64,000 bases of DNA, from the NCBI GenBank assembly GCA_963743215.1, contig CAVUOY010000010.1, positions 72,225-136,224 on the forward strand, given 5' to 3'. Made by a program: the position numbers and the translations under genes. The notes beneath the pieces are model-generated. The model was not told where the DNA came from. It searched no databases and saw nothing but the letters and a program-made list of their open reading frames with translations. Origin of the DNA: an uncultured Chloroflexia bacterium. GTDB lineage: Bacteria; Chloroflexota; Anaerolineae; Anaerolineales; UBA4823. Of this stretch, positions 31,191-41,752 are shown piece after piece (within the stretch, counting starts at the first letter, position 1; every line of letters starts with the position of its first letter).

Positions 31191-31637
31191 ATGACAGCTA
31201 ACAAAGAATTACCCAAGCATTCACGCACTCCCCTTTGGCTGATCGGCGGCCTAAGCGCATGGTTGGCTTATGCCGTCACGCTTAGTGCATTGCATCTATT
31301 TTTACTTGACCAATGGGGAGTAGCTTATAGTATTAAAATGTACAGCTTAAACCCGGCAGAGCAATTCTCATTACTCCATGCTGCCCTGGTGGCAATGGTT
31401 TCACCCGGATTTTTCTTTCTGGAGGTACTTTCTTTCTTACATGTCCATATTTCATGGGTGGATGCCGCCGTGTATAACTGGGGTAAGATGGTGCTGCTCT
31501 CAAGCTTGCCGGCGTTGGTGGTAGGGGCTCTGCTCACCACAAAGGACCATCGCATGAAATTGGCTGGATCGATCATCGGTTTGCTACTACTGGGTGGGAG
31601 CTTGCTGTTCGTCCTGAACAATTTGCTCATCCAATAG
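31191..31637 (+). CDS. Hypothetical membrane protein
   Basis: About 4 TM segments; TATAAT upstream. Confidence 0.7.
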   Translation: MTANKELPKHSRTPLWLIGGLSAWLAYAVTLSALHLFLLDQWGVAYSIKMYSLNPAEQFSLLHAALVAMVSPGFFFLEVLSFLHVHISWVDAAVYNWGKMVLLSSLPALVVGALLTTKDHRMKLAGSIIGLLLLGGSLLFVLNNLLIQ

Positions 31638-31653
31638 GATAAGCATTGATCGC

Positions 31654-33499
31654 ATGAGATTATCTCGCAGGCAGCCCCCCCTAACGATCGTCCTCTTGCT
31701 TATCCTTGCCATGCTGGCGTGCCAGCTTCCTCAGACTGGCTCAACCACACCTGCCAGTATAACCAGCACCGAACCTGCCAATCTGGCAAACCCTACTGTA
31801 GCCTCTATAATCATCCCGGCAAACCCTGCCACACCAACCATCCGCCCCACTCCGCCGCCGAAGGTGGCTGACCATCGTATCTCCATCCACCGCATTTATG
31901 GGATAGCTGAGTTCTATGATCGCACAACCTCACAACAATTCATCCCGCGTGGGGTGAACTATTTCATCCTGGTACCAATCCTGGACCATTATGAGGACCG
32001 GTTATTTGCCGTTGGTGTGTATGATCACAACCGTACTCAGGCAGATTTTTCCGCTCTTTCAGCAGCAGGCTTTAACACGGTACGCATCATATTGGACGGC
32101 TGTACCAGCGGTACCGGCTGCATCGGTATGGATAATGAAGTGGGATTGAACGCTGCATACCTGGATAATATCGCCGACTTAATGAGCCTGGCCAGGGAGA
32201 ACAACCTGTTCCTATTGTTAGCCTCCACGGAACTACCGGAATTGGGTGGCTATGCAGCCCTAGCCAACCAGGGTACCAACGCAACTTTCGCTCCTGGACG
32301 TAATACGGAATTTCTCACTGCGGAAGGGATCCAGGCTGCACAGAGGTATTGGGCAGACCTGCTGGGTGGTCTGGCGTCACGCCAAGCTCCTTTTGAGGTG
32401 ATCCTGGGTTGGGAGCTGATCAGCGAGCAATATTACGCATCCGATGAGGCTCCGTTCTCGATGAAGATCGGAAAGGTAACCCCGGCAAACGGTAAAACCT
32501 ACAGCATGTCGAGCCTGGAGCATAGAAAAGCCTTGGCTGCTGAGGGTACAAGATATTACATCGACCAGCTGCGCCAGATCATTCTGATTTATGATCCGAC
32601 GGCGCTCATCACGATGGGGTTTTTAGCGCCTGATTCACCCAATCCGTGGCGTGAAGCGGATAACCGGCTCGTGGATACTGCCAGCCTGCTTTCCAACTCG
32701 TCTCTGGACTTCTTCGACCTACACGCCAGCCCAGGATCGGGGTTAACATTATCTGAAATGACGGAGAACTTTGGGTTGGGTGGGCACATCTCCAAACCCG
32801 TCGTGATGGGAGATGTGGGTGCATCCACATGGGTATACCCTCTGGTTTACGATGGAGCGGTCGCAGTCCAGGATTGGATTGCTGCCTCCTGTACACAGGG
32901 GTTCAGCGGCTGGTTTTACTCCAACTATTACCCATCACCGGCTGGCCTGTCGGATGCCACCTGGAGCTTCGTTGACGAGCAAAGTACAATCTTGAAAGCC
33001 CTCGCTCCCAATAACCAACCAGATGCCTGCGTAACCACTACTCTGGCCGGTCGAAACCTGGCCCAGGGGAAAACAGCGGAGGTCTCGGAGTCACTGCCCG
33101 ACCAGACTCCTCAAATGGCTGTGGATGGTGACCCTAACACTCAATGGAGCGCAGGTGCATACCCAGCCCAGTGGATCGAGGTCGATCTTGGCGCTCCTTA
33201 TTCAATCGGTGAGATTCGCTTGACGGTGGGTCAATGGCCTGCCGGGCAAACGGTGCACCAGGTGTGGGTGGGGGCAAGCCGTGATACCTTGCAGTTGGCG
33301 TACGAGTATCAATGGTAAGGAATTCGACTTCGATGTGCTGAATTATGTGCCTGCAGCACCCCTGGTGAACATCCGTTACGTGCGTATCGTCACCACCGAA
33401 AGCCCCTCCTGGGTTTCCTGGCGCGAGATCGAAGTACTGGCACCGTTCCCAGCCACGCCCACGCCAACGCCAGAAGCACTACTAACTCCGACCCCGTAA
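31654..33499 (+). CDS. Lipoprotein with GH5-like (clan GH-A) TIM barrel and F5/8 type C (CBM32) domain, frameshifted near 33308
   Basis: Lipobox MLAC; RGVNY, GFNTVRI, WELISE; NLAQGK...AVDGDPNTQW...WIEVDLG. Confidence 0.85.
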
Positions 33500-33720
33500 A
33501 AATACGATTGATACGGGTTTATCGTGATATATCCCCACCCTATATAAATATCTCCACAACCGACGTATGGCAAAATAAAATATCTATTTAATCTAAAGAA
33601 ATATTAGCTACACGATTTTTAGATAAATATGGTATTATATGTCGCAGTTAATCGTAAACAGAATAGTAGCCTTGTTAATCGTAGCTTATCTTCATCAAGT
33701 GTTCTCAGGAGGGAAATTAA

Positions 33721-34014
33721 ATGGTGATGACTATATTGGAAGCACGGGTATTAAAAGAAAATTGGTCGGCGCTAGAGCAGGCTTTTCAAGCAGCAACTAA
33801 TCACATCGATCCTGGACTGGAGCGATCGTACCTGATCCATGCCACCAGGGATACGGATCTGTGGCAAATCCTGACGATCTGGAGCAATCGCGAAGCTCTG
33901 GATGAAATGCGCAGGTCGGTGGACACCCCGAGCGGAGTGTTGATGTTCCGCAGTGCCCAATCAGAGCCTGTGCTGTCGGTGTATGAGATAGTTCAGCAGA
34001 TTTCACCGGAGTGA
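33721..34014 (+). CDS. ABM/dimeric alpha-beta barrel protein
   Basis: 97 aa; WQILTIWSNREALDEM; RBS GGAGG. Confidence 0.7.
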   Translation: MVMTILEARVLKENWSALEQAFQAATNHIDPGLERSYLIHATRDTDLWQILTIWSNREALDEMRRSVDTPSGVLMFRSAQSEPVLSVYEIVQQISPE

Positions 34015-34053
34015 AGCTGCAAACCAGAGGGATTGATCTGGCAGAAACTCATA

Positions 34054-34815
34054 TCACTTGGGTGCATGATCATCCTTCCTTATCATCCATTGTTCGACCC
34101 AGGCTTTATCCATGCGGAGCAGGCGGTTCTTTTTAAGATTCTCTTGCATGATCCATTGGATGACTTTATCGGGCGTTTGCAACCACTTTTCCATTAGCAC
34201 TTTACCTTCTGATGGTAGGGCAGCAACTGCCACACTCCAGCAATACCCTAACCCTTTACGCAATACAATAAAGTCATCCCCTTGACGATTCGCGGCTGAT
34301 TCAACTGCGATCGTGATCGTATCGAGGATAATCAATGCCTGGCGAGCATATTTTTCCAAGCCTAGTAGCCTGGGCTCGCAGATCGCGGCAGCCGCTGCCC
34401 TTTGTTCCAATGGAGTTCCCCTGCTCCAGTTCTGCATCTCGACGCTCAAAAGAGGCATATTCACGTCACCTAACCGTTGGAGTGCCATAGCAACAGCCTC
34501 GCGCATCCGCCAGCGTGGATCAGAAGCCAGGGTGCGCAATACTTGAAGCAAGCTGATATCACCTTCGGCAAGCAACCGACCCAATCCCAGAGCGCCACAG
34601 AAGGCAAGAAACTCGTAGGGCGAATTTACCGGCGCAATATTGGCAGTATATGAAAGGTAGCGTTGGAACAGTTCTCGATTACCCTCGTTCGCCACCGCCT
34701 GCGCAAGTTCTATGTTCCCGCGTGGTCCGGGCAACCCGGATTCACTCAACAGGTATGCATCCCAATCATCGATACTAATCAACTTCGCCTGATATTCATC
34801 GATTTTTGACATCAT
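34054..34815 (-). CDS. HEAT-repeat protein (AlkD-like fold)
   Basis: SGLPGPRGNIELA, SDPRWRMREAVA, WIMQENLKKNRL. Confidence 0.75.
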   Translation of the reverse strand: MMSKIDEYQAKLISIDDWDAYLLSESGLPGPRGNIELAQAVANEGNRELFQRYLSYTANIAPVNSPYEFLAFCGALGLGRLLAEGDISLLQVLRTLASDPRWRMREAVAMALQRLGDVNMPLLSVEMQNWSRGTPLEQRAAAAAICEPRLLGLEKYARQALIILDTITIAVESAANRQGDDFIVLRKGLGYCWSVAVAALPSEGKVLMEKWLQTPDKVIQWIMQENLKKNRLLRMDKAWVEQWMIRKDDHAPK

Positions 34816-34861
34816 AATCCACCTAACACGAGGTTAATCAGTAAAATACCTTACCAAAAGA

Positions 34862-35698
34862 TTAAACTCTCTGCCCATGGATAAACGACCAGTGGTTGTG
34901 AATGATCTTCCAGCTGTCATCTATGCGGGCATATATCTCAGTGCAGTTCCAGGGGGTGCGTGAAGCGATGGAGCCATCCGGATTCAAGCGAGTGGATAGA
35001 AACCTGTAGAACAAGACCGCCATATTGCCGCATACCAGGATCCAAGGTTCAATGAATTCCATCACATCATAGAAAATCTTCCCCTCGCGCTGCTTGTACT
35101 CAGCAGTAAGAGCTGTCTTACCATTAATACGTTGGGGAGTGCCCGTATCAAAATACGTTGTTTCCGGGGCATACAGCTCAACGAACCCCCACGGGTCGCC
35201 CTTACGCCAACGTTCCATGGCAGCTGATTCCAGCCGCATCAACTCAGCTGAAACACCTCCATATTCAATTTTCGTGGAGTGCACCGGTAGAGGGATTTCC
35301 ACCACATCTGGTACCTGGTGATGAATGAATGACCAATGTGTATGAACAATTCTCCACTCACCCTGGCGCTGGAAATATACTTCAGTGGCATTCCAGGGAG
35401 TTTGCGAGCTCACGGTTCCTTCAGGAGTGAGGGTCGATGAGCGGTAGTTATAAGTGAGCAATGCGGCATCCTCAATTTCCACGATCTTGGGTGCAATGAA
35501 TTCGGAGCGCTGATAATGGATTTTCCCCACCACTTGCTGCATATAAGCTCGATAGGATTCCACTCCAAGAATGGGCTTAGTAAGACCAGGGTCTACGTAG
35601 CAGAGATCCTGGGCGCTAATTTCCACAAAACCCATCGGGTCACCAACACGCCAGCGTTCCATGGCAGCTTTTTCAAGAGTAAGGATATTTGATGGCAT
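34862..35698 (-). CDS. Tandem NTF2/SnoaL-like (DUF4440) domain protein
   Basis: Internal duplication: LE.AAMERWR.GDP.GF...TPWN.TE.Y....W.I.H.HWSFIH occurs twice. Confidence 0.85.
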   Translation of the reverse strand: MPSNILTLEKAAMERWRVGDPMGFVEISAQDLCYVDPGLTKPILGVESYRAYMQQVVGKIHYQRSEFIAPKIVEIEDAALLTYNYRSSTLTPEGTVSSQTPWNATEVYFQRQGEWRIVHTHWSFIHHQVPDVVEIPLPVHSTKIEYGGVSAELMRLESAAMERWRKGDPWGFVELYAPETTYFDTGTPQRINGKTALTAEYKQREGKIFYDVMEFIEPWILVCGNMAVLFYRFLSTRLNPDGSIASRTPWNCTEIYARIDDSWKIIHNHWSFIHGQRV

Positions 35699-35713
35699 AA
35701 CTTTGCCCCTTGT

Positions 35714-36115
35714 TTATGAATGGAGTAACGGTTGGTTGATCTCGATCAGATTACCATCCGGGTCACGCAGGTAAGCGCTGCGGAGGCCCCATTCGGGATG
35801 GTCAGCAGGTTCTGCGAATAGAGGAACACCTTGTGTTTTTAGTTGCCGGCAGACCGCGTCCACGTCGTCGACGGCAAAAATGAGGCACATTTTGTCCTGT
35901 GCTGTTACAGCGGCGGGTAGATGAGAGGTTCCAATCGCTTTACTCATTAGCGCACGGTTAAACAAGGCAATGACCACCTCACCAGTATTGAAATCAGCAT
36001 AGACATCATCTTCATTGCCGAAAGTTGGCTGGAAACCCATGACATCCCGATAAAACTGGTAACAAGCTTTGAAATCTGATACCAACAAACGTGTATAGGT
36101 AAATTTATAGCTCAT
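35714..36115 (-). CDS. VOC/glyoxalase family protein
   Basis: FYRDVMGF, WGLRSAYLRDPDGNLIEI. Confidence 0.92.
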   Translation of the reverse strand: MSYKFTYTRLLVSDFKACYQFYRDVMGFQPTFGNEDDVYADFNTGEVVIALFNRALMSKAIGTSHLPAAVTAQDKMCLIFAVDDVDAVCRQLKTQGVPLFAEPADHPEWGLRSAYLRDPDGNLIEINQPLLHS

Positions 36116-36323
36116 TGATCCCTTCACTTTTTTATTACCAAATGGATTGGCTGATGTAGACCTCAATAAAAACTCATCAGAATGAGAAAGATAGTCCTGG
36201 GATGTGTTTATTGGAATAAAATGAATCAATAACAACCAGCCAGCTCCGCACTGGTAAAAATATTGGTCTTAATCCGATCAAATATATGCATTGAGAATCC
36301 CTCCATCAAAAAAGATGATTTGC

Positions 36324-36851
36324 TCAGGAATTTTTACTTCTGTTAAATTCGCTCATGTTGGTCAATTTCTTACGGTGGATCAAATAGATCATCAGACCGA
36401 GAATCAACATCACGACCTCGATCACCGCAGAAGCCTGTAAGCCCCAACGAGTGGTCCACAAACCTAATCCAACCATGGGAGAACCAGCAAATAAGAGTGG
36501 AAGCTCAGGCGGATGAACAATGAAATCCAGAAACCAATGGGAAATCACAACCGTCCCAATGATGCTGGCAGTCCGTCTATCCCTGTAGATTAGATAAGCA
36601 ATCGTTGCTGCCAACAGCGCCCAAACTACAGACATCAAAAGCCCGTGCGACCAAGGGATATTTGCAGGTGTGGGGGTTGTAATCCCATGGGAAACATTTA
36701 TATCGTAGTTTCCGTTGTACTCAAAACCTAGTGCCCTGAATCCGAGCTTCAATATATCACCGGTATATGCTGCCATAACCATGGCAATGAGGGGAACTTT
36801 GTCTGCCTTGGTTTTTGCAACCAATCCAACCGCTAAGTGTGCAATATATAT
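36324..36851 (-). CDS. Membrane metal-dependent hydrolase-like protein (apparent ATA start)
   Basis: YIAHLAVG N-terminus, PWSHGL, SHWFLDFIVH; RBS AGGAG precedes ATA at 36851. Confidence 0.75.
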   Translation of the reverse strand: MYIAHLAVGLVAKTKADKVPLIAMVMAAYTGDILKLGFRALGFEYNGNYDINVSHGITTPTPANIPWSHGLLMSVVWALLAATIAYLIYRDRRTASIIGTVVISHWFLDFIVHPPELPLLFAGSPMVGLGLWTTRWGLQASAVIEVVMLILGLMIYLIHRKKLTNMSEFNRSKNS

Positions 36852-37205
36852 GAAATTCTCTCCTGGTCTGTAAAATCAGACAAGATAAATTCGTTTATAG
36901 AGCGTTAATAACATAAGTTGAAGCCGATGCTAATGGATATCGATTAACATATACACCTGTGTCGTGCAGGGTAACTCATCAGTGAGATTGGCCATGATCA
37001 CCATGTTACCAAATCGGCTCACCTCCACTTGGGGATGAGAATAATCGATCGTACCAAACGTCTGAAGGTCAAAGGGCGGTCATTGATACACATCTGGTAC
37101 TTAGAATGCGAGTAGACCTGATTCAGTTTCTCACTACTGGTAACCCGTTGAGACATTCATAGCTTAACCCAACCCGGCGTTTAATGATTGCCATATATTC
37201 ATCGC

Positions 37206-37682
37206 CTATGCGAATAACTTTCTCGCCCACTGCTCTGCCCGCACTGCCTCCCCCTCTACCAGTGGACCTTTCATTCCCTGGACATAGAAACCTTCGCCTG
37301 GTAAAACAAGCTCCCCACCCTTATTCCTCAGCTGTTTAACCAGTCGTTTCTCTGCATAACCAAAAATTCTTTCGAAAAAAGGTAGCGGAGGTGTCTTTTC
37401 AATCTCAGCCAGGGTAAGGCGCGTATCAAAGGCAGCTACTTTTACGCCTTTAAGCCCATTTTTGGGTAGATGAGCGAGAAAGTTTCTCATAGCTGCTGTA
37501 GGCCTGAATTGTTGGGTGGGAGAACCCACAACCAGCAAAGCTACTCCGGAGAGCTGCTCAGCTTTCAGATCGCCTATTCTGACAACCTGTACCTCACCCA
37601 TTTGGCGAAGTGCGTTACCGATAGCCTGTGCGATTAGCTCGGTATTACCATATAGAGAATCATAGATGACCATCGTGCCCAT
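37206..37682 (-). CDS. Flavodoxin-like protein
   Basis: YDSLYGNTELIA, VGSPT, AAFDTR. Confidence 0.9.
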   Translation of the reverse strand: MGTMVIYDSLYGNTELIAQAIGNALRQMGEVQVVRIGDLKAEQLSGVALLVVGSPTQQFRPTAAMRNFLAHLPKNGLKGVKVAAFDTRLTLAEIEKTPPLPFFERIFGYAEKRLVKQLRNKGGELVLPGEGFYVQGMKGPLVEGEAVRAEQWARKLFA

Positions 37683-37686
37683 AGAA

Positions 37687-39138
37687 CTACTCCTCATTGA
37701 TACCTGCCAACTTCCTTGCCAGCTGCTGTTTGAAATCCAAATTCATCTGGCGTTGGATCTGGACACGCTGAGCCTGAGGTGAACCTGCTCCATGCAGTGA
37801 TTCGGTTAAATATCCGACCGCGTTTCGCCCCAGGGTAAGGTTTTCGATCAACCTGAGAATACGTATTCGATTTTCAGTGGGCACATCCTCCCGTCCTTTA
37901 AGATATTTATCAAGCAGTGGGCCAATCTCTTCGTGATGGTAATCTGCTCCGGAAGGAAGTGTGACCAGTAACCCGCCTGCCAGGTCTTGTGCCAGGCGTG
38001 CCATCTCGTAGGTGATGCGTGTCACCTGCTGCTTGCATACGTTTGCCAGAAGCGCATCGCATAGGTAAGCCCCAGAAGAGGTGATGTGGCTCTGGTATGA
38101 AGCAGCAATCCCAGTAGCGTAAATTGTCTCGTTGAGGTGTGTCATCTCCACCAGCTTATCACGGATATGCGAAGCACGTTCCACCCCATTGTATTCCGCA
38201 ACCGTTGCAGCTGCTCCAATCAGCACATCACCCACGCCAGACTTACACACATAACTGCGCCGATGGAAGGCTGTGAAGCGTTCCACTAACATTGCGGTGA
38301 ATTCGGTCTCACCATCCATGAAGATCAGCTCGTTGGGGATGAAGACATCGTTAAAGATGATCAAGGCTTCCTGCCCGCTGAACCCAGCATTTCCAGCCTC
38401 AATATCACCTTCCAGGCAGCGCGTATCGCAGGATTGCCGACCGATCACATAAGTGATGCCTTCAGCATCGACCGGTAAGGCTCCCACAATCGCATAATCC
38501 GCTTCTTCAGGTCGCAGGCGCAAAGTTGGCATCACGATCAGCCAATGCGAATTGATACAACCGGTTTGATGTGCCTTGGCACCTCGGACGTACACTCCCT
38601 CAGCTGTGCGTTTGCTTATGTGCAGATACATATCCGGGTCAGGTTGTTCGGAGGGTGATTTGCTGCGATCACCCTTCACATCTGTCATTGCCCCACCGAT
38701 GACATAATTATGCTGCTGCATTTCTTTGACAAACGCAATCAACCTGGCGTGGTAAGAGGTGTGCTGCTGTTGATCAATCTCATAAGTCACCGAATAAAGT
38801 GCGTTTAAGGCATCCATACCCACACAACGCTGAAAACAGGTGCCAGTCAGCTGCCCCAACCTGCGCTGAAGCCTGTTCTGCTGAACTACGTCCTCTGCAC
38901 TTGTGGCGATATGTAAGAATCGGTTCACGCGATCGCCGGAGATCGGTGATTGCACCATCACCAGGTCGGGCGATTCCAATGCCAGGTCATAGGTTTTAGC
39001 CATGGCATTCACCGAAGGGCGAATCATCGGGTGGTCAACAGGCTCTTCAACTTTCTCACCCATCAGGTAGACGTTGAGCTTACGACCGCGCAAGCTGTTG
39101 ATATAATCCTGACCTGATTTGATGATGTGATCCTTCAT
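37687..39138 (-). CDS. abfD: 4-hydroxybutyryl-CoA dehydratase-like (AbfD/HpaB fold)
   Basis: GTCFQRCVG, AMTDVKGDR, KAHQTG, GQEAL, FHRRSYVCK, ESLHGAGSP. Confidence 0.85.
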   Translation of the reverse strand: MKDHIIKSGQDYINSLRGRKLNVYLMGEKVEEPVDHPMIRPSVNAMAKTYDLALESPDLVMVQSPISGDRVNRFLHIATSAEDVVQQNRLQRRLGQLTGTCFQRCVGMDALNALYSVTYEIDQQQHTSYHARLIAFVKEMQQHNYVIGGAMTDVKGDRSKSPSEQPDPDMYLHISKRTAEGVYVRGAKAHQTGCINSHWLIVMPTLRLRPEEADYAIVGALPVDAEGITYVIGRQSCDTRCLEGDIEAGNAGFSGQEALIIFNDVFIPNELIFMDGETEFTAMLVERFTAFHRRSYVCKSGVGDVLIGAAATVAEYNGVERASHIRDKLVEMTHLNETIYATGIAASYQSHITSSGAYLCDALLANVCKQQVTRITYEMARLAQDLAGGLLVTLPSGADYHHEEIGPLLDKYLKGREDVPTENRIRILRLIENLTLGRNAVGYLTESLHGAGSPQAQRVQIQRQMNLDFKQQLARKLAGINEE

Positions 39139-39926
39139 GTGATCCTTACCTCTCTGTTTGGCGGAAACCAGCCCAGCAATTTGTAGCCTCTTTCATTGAC
39201 GTAACCCAGCTTACGTGCCATTTTCAACGAACCGATGTTAAGCTTGACGCAATCCCAGTAAGTTGAGCAACCTAATTCATCACACCACTTGAGCAAGTGG
39301 GCGACGGCGATCGTGCCAAAGCCTCTCCCCCGGTATGGTCGCTCGGTGACAATGCCAGCCTCTCGAACACCATCAACTTCCATATCCGTGCCAGCTTCAC
39401 ACACGTACTCGTCTCCATGCAGGATGCAAACATCCATGCCTGTCTCCAGGTAGGTGTCGAGATTCCCGTAGCGGAACAAGGTTTCATCCAGGCGCGGGCT
39501 GCGCTCAATCAAATCCCTTCCCATGCGAAAAACTTCATAACCTGCAGGCAAGCGCAAATAGGGTGTCAGATCACTGCCATTAATGGATCGCTCCAGCTCA
39601 ACGCATTCGGCACCAGCATCCGGGTTGGGTGGGAAATTACACACACATGGGTCTCCATCCCTGAAACTTAATGCCACCGGTCCCTTTTGCCTAAGCAGCT
39701 CCACCATTTGTTCCACCAAATGCCAGTCTTTCAACCCACCCTGGTATAGGGTGCCATCATCCTGCTCCCATACATATCCCATGCTTGGGTGTTCGAGATC
39801 GTTGGTAAAAATCCTGCCCGCATTCCCACCTCCCAAGACGGCAAAACAGCGAATCCCTGTAGGAACTTTACGATCGAAAAGTGACTTAAATCTTTGTGTA
39901 ACCTGACTTGGTGTGATTTCGATCAT
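39135..39926 (-). CDS. GNAT acetyltransferase
   Basis: GIVTERPYRGRGFG, WDC..N.GS..MARKLGY. Confidence 0.88.
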   Translation of the reverse strand: MIEITPSQVTQRFKSLFDRKVPTGIRCFAVLGGGNAGRIFTNDLEHPSMGYVWEQDDGTLYQGGLKDWHLVEQMVELLRQKGPVALSFRDGDPCVCNFPPNPDAGAECVELERSINGSDLTPYLRLPAGYEVFRMGRDLIERSPRLDETLFRYGNLDTYLETGMDVCILHGDEYVCEAGTDMEVDGVREAGIVTERPYRGRGFGTIAVAHLLKWCDELGCSTYWDCVKLNIGSLKMARKLGYVNERGYKLLGWFPPNREVRIT

Positions 39927-39927
39927 C

Positions 39928-40464
39928 TCAGCCCTTAGATAAATTGCGGACCATAATCAGAACTTCATGGGTGAGATTGCCAAATTGTCTACCGGATTGT
40001 CTCTCAATGACCTCAAACCCCATTTTTAACCAAAACTGGTAAGCCTTATCGTTCTCCTCAACAACACCCAGGAGGATACGCCGGGCTCCTTGTTGACCCA
40101 CCCAGCTATCGAAGGCTTGAACTATTTGTCTTCCAAGCCCACAGTTGCGGTAGACCGGATCAAGTACCAGCAAACCGAGCCACCAATCCTGCTCAGTGGG
40201 ATAATCCCTCACCGTGTCGAGCACACCAATCATGCCTTGATCCTCAATGGAAAAACCTATGACGAGCTTGTCTGCCAGGGTTTTGCCCGGTGGGCAATCT
40301 GCCAATAGGGCAGCTGCTACCGATGGGTCGGGTGGATGTCCATCTACCAGCAGGCTGTAATCCGCACATTTTTCCATCAATGTCTGCAGCTCGCAGGTGT
40401 TTTCTGGTTGGATCAATGCAGTCTTATACCCTGATAGGGTAAATAGCTTGGGTATATTATTCAT
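39928..40464 (-). CDS. GNAT acetyltransferase
   Basis: WLGLLVLDPVYRNCGLG, NDKAYQFWLKMGF. Confidence 0.88.
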   Translation of the reverse strand: MNNIPKLFTLSGYKTALIQPENTCELQTLMEKCADYSLLVDGHPPDPSVAAALLADCPPGKTLADKLVIGFSIEDQGMIGVLDTVRDYPTEQDWWLGLLVLDPVYRNCGLGRQIVQAFDSWVGQQGARRILLGVVEENDKAYQFWLKMGFEVIERQSGRQFGNLTHEVLIMVRNLSKG

Positions 40465-40526
40465 AAAATAATTATGGCAATGCGACCAAAATGGTATCAA
40501 AAAGTAGGGTCAATCCTACCATAAAG

Positions 40527-40976
40527 TCAAACATCCAGGCCTGCTCGGCCTAATAGTCCAAGTATCAGGGATAATTCTCCTCGATGGTGGATCTCATGCT
40601 CAAGCACATGCCAGATGATCCAACGCAAAGGAAACAATTCTCCCTTTGGGGTTATATACACCTCATTGAGGTCATCCTCGTCTAAATTTTCCAGGAACTC
40701 AATTGTTTTCAGATGAGGAGCTTTCAACACTTTTTTGATAGCTATCTTTGTCGGATGTTCGGCGAAGTCGAAGTATTTCCACCGCTTAATTTCGTGCCTG
40801 ACAGTCATGTGCAGCCAATAATTTTCACAATCGGCAATATGGAGCATGATTTGCCCAACGGTCCAACAGTTTGTGTATGGTGCATAGGTGAGCTCATCTT
40901 CGCTAAACTTATCGATCGTCTCCAGCAGATCGGCCCGTACTTGTACCCAATGGCTGAATAACTGGCGTGGTTTCAT
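40527..40976 (-). CDS. DinB family protein
   Basis: MLHIADCE, HVLEHEIHHRGEL. Confidence 0.9.
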   Translation of the reverse strand: MKPRQLFSHWVQVRADLLETIDKFSEDELTYAPYTNCWTVGQIMLHIADCENYWLHMTVRHEIKRWKYFDFAEHPTKIAIKKVLKAPHLKTIEFLENLDEDDLNEVYITPKGELFPLRWIIWHVLEHEIHHRGELSLILGLLGRAGLDV

Positions 40977-41077
40977 TCGCTTGCCTCCTGGAAATTTTCC
41001 TAATTATACTTTTCCAAATGAATGAAATTTATCGAACGGATTCTGTATTCCCTGGTTTAAAGATAATCAAAATATTA

Positions 41078-41602
41078 CTACTTAACATATTTCGCGTATT
41101 CGGCAGGCAATTCTATCCCGAAGCGCTGGCAAAGAACCATTACATCATGATAATCGTTTTCATCCAACGTGTAGCCGGAATGAAACTTGACCATATTCTC
41201 AACATCGATGCACCTGACTGGATGATCGAGGATACTACCATTTCCGTTTAGTGATTCAAGTGGATAATCCAATCCCTGTTCGGGGTGGTTCACCCTATCG
41301 AGGGTATAAGTGTGGATATCCACCAGATGACCATGATCATCCCCCAACACATAATTAACCGGACGCGTGTCTGGTCGGGGCACATCTCTGTAGCCATGCG
41401 CTTCTAACAACTCTCGCAGGCGGGATGAATCTTCATAGGCAATGACGATATCCAGATCAGCATGGCAGCGGGTTTGCTCCCCCAGTAATGCATCCACACC
41501 CCAGCCTCCGTCCAGTATCACTTCGATGTGGTCTTGCTCAAAAAGCTTAACTAACGCAAGCGCAGCCTCAGCGGTCATTTCAGGTTGGGTAACAGGAGTC
41601 AT
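41078..41602 (-). CDS. Nucleotidyltransferase, Lnu/ANT(2'')-like
   Basis: LDGGWGVDALLGEQTR.HADLD, VDIH, FHSGY. Confidence 0.88.
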   Translation of the reverse strand: MTPVTQPEMTAEAALALVKLFEQDHIEVILDGGWGVDALLGEQTRCHADLDIVIAYEDSSRLRELLEAHGYRDVPRPDTRPVNYVLGDDHGHLVDIHTYTLDRVNHPEQGLDYPLESLNGNGSILDHPVRCIDVENMVKFHSGYTLDENDYHDVMVLCQRFGIELPAEYAKYVK

Positions 41603-41728
41603 ACTAGAGAAGACCTGGTTTCTAGAAATTCATGGACAATTGGGATCACTCCCCGTAATCGAAATCGGAGGAAGAGAGTGAAATCGCAGGTATCAGTGAT
41701 CAGCAATTGTGATTAAGAGCAATTACTT

Positions 41729-41752
41729 TAGGGGTCACTCAAGTGACCCCTA
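41729..41752. terminator. Perfect 11-bp inverted repeat overlapping the stop codon
   Basis: TAGGGGTCACT-CA-AGTGACCCCTA. Confidence 0.55.

Noticed and set aside
36900-37200. Possible gene remnant
   Set aside because: No recognisable motif in the frames I examined.
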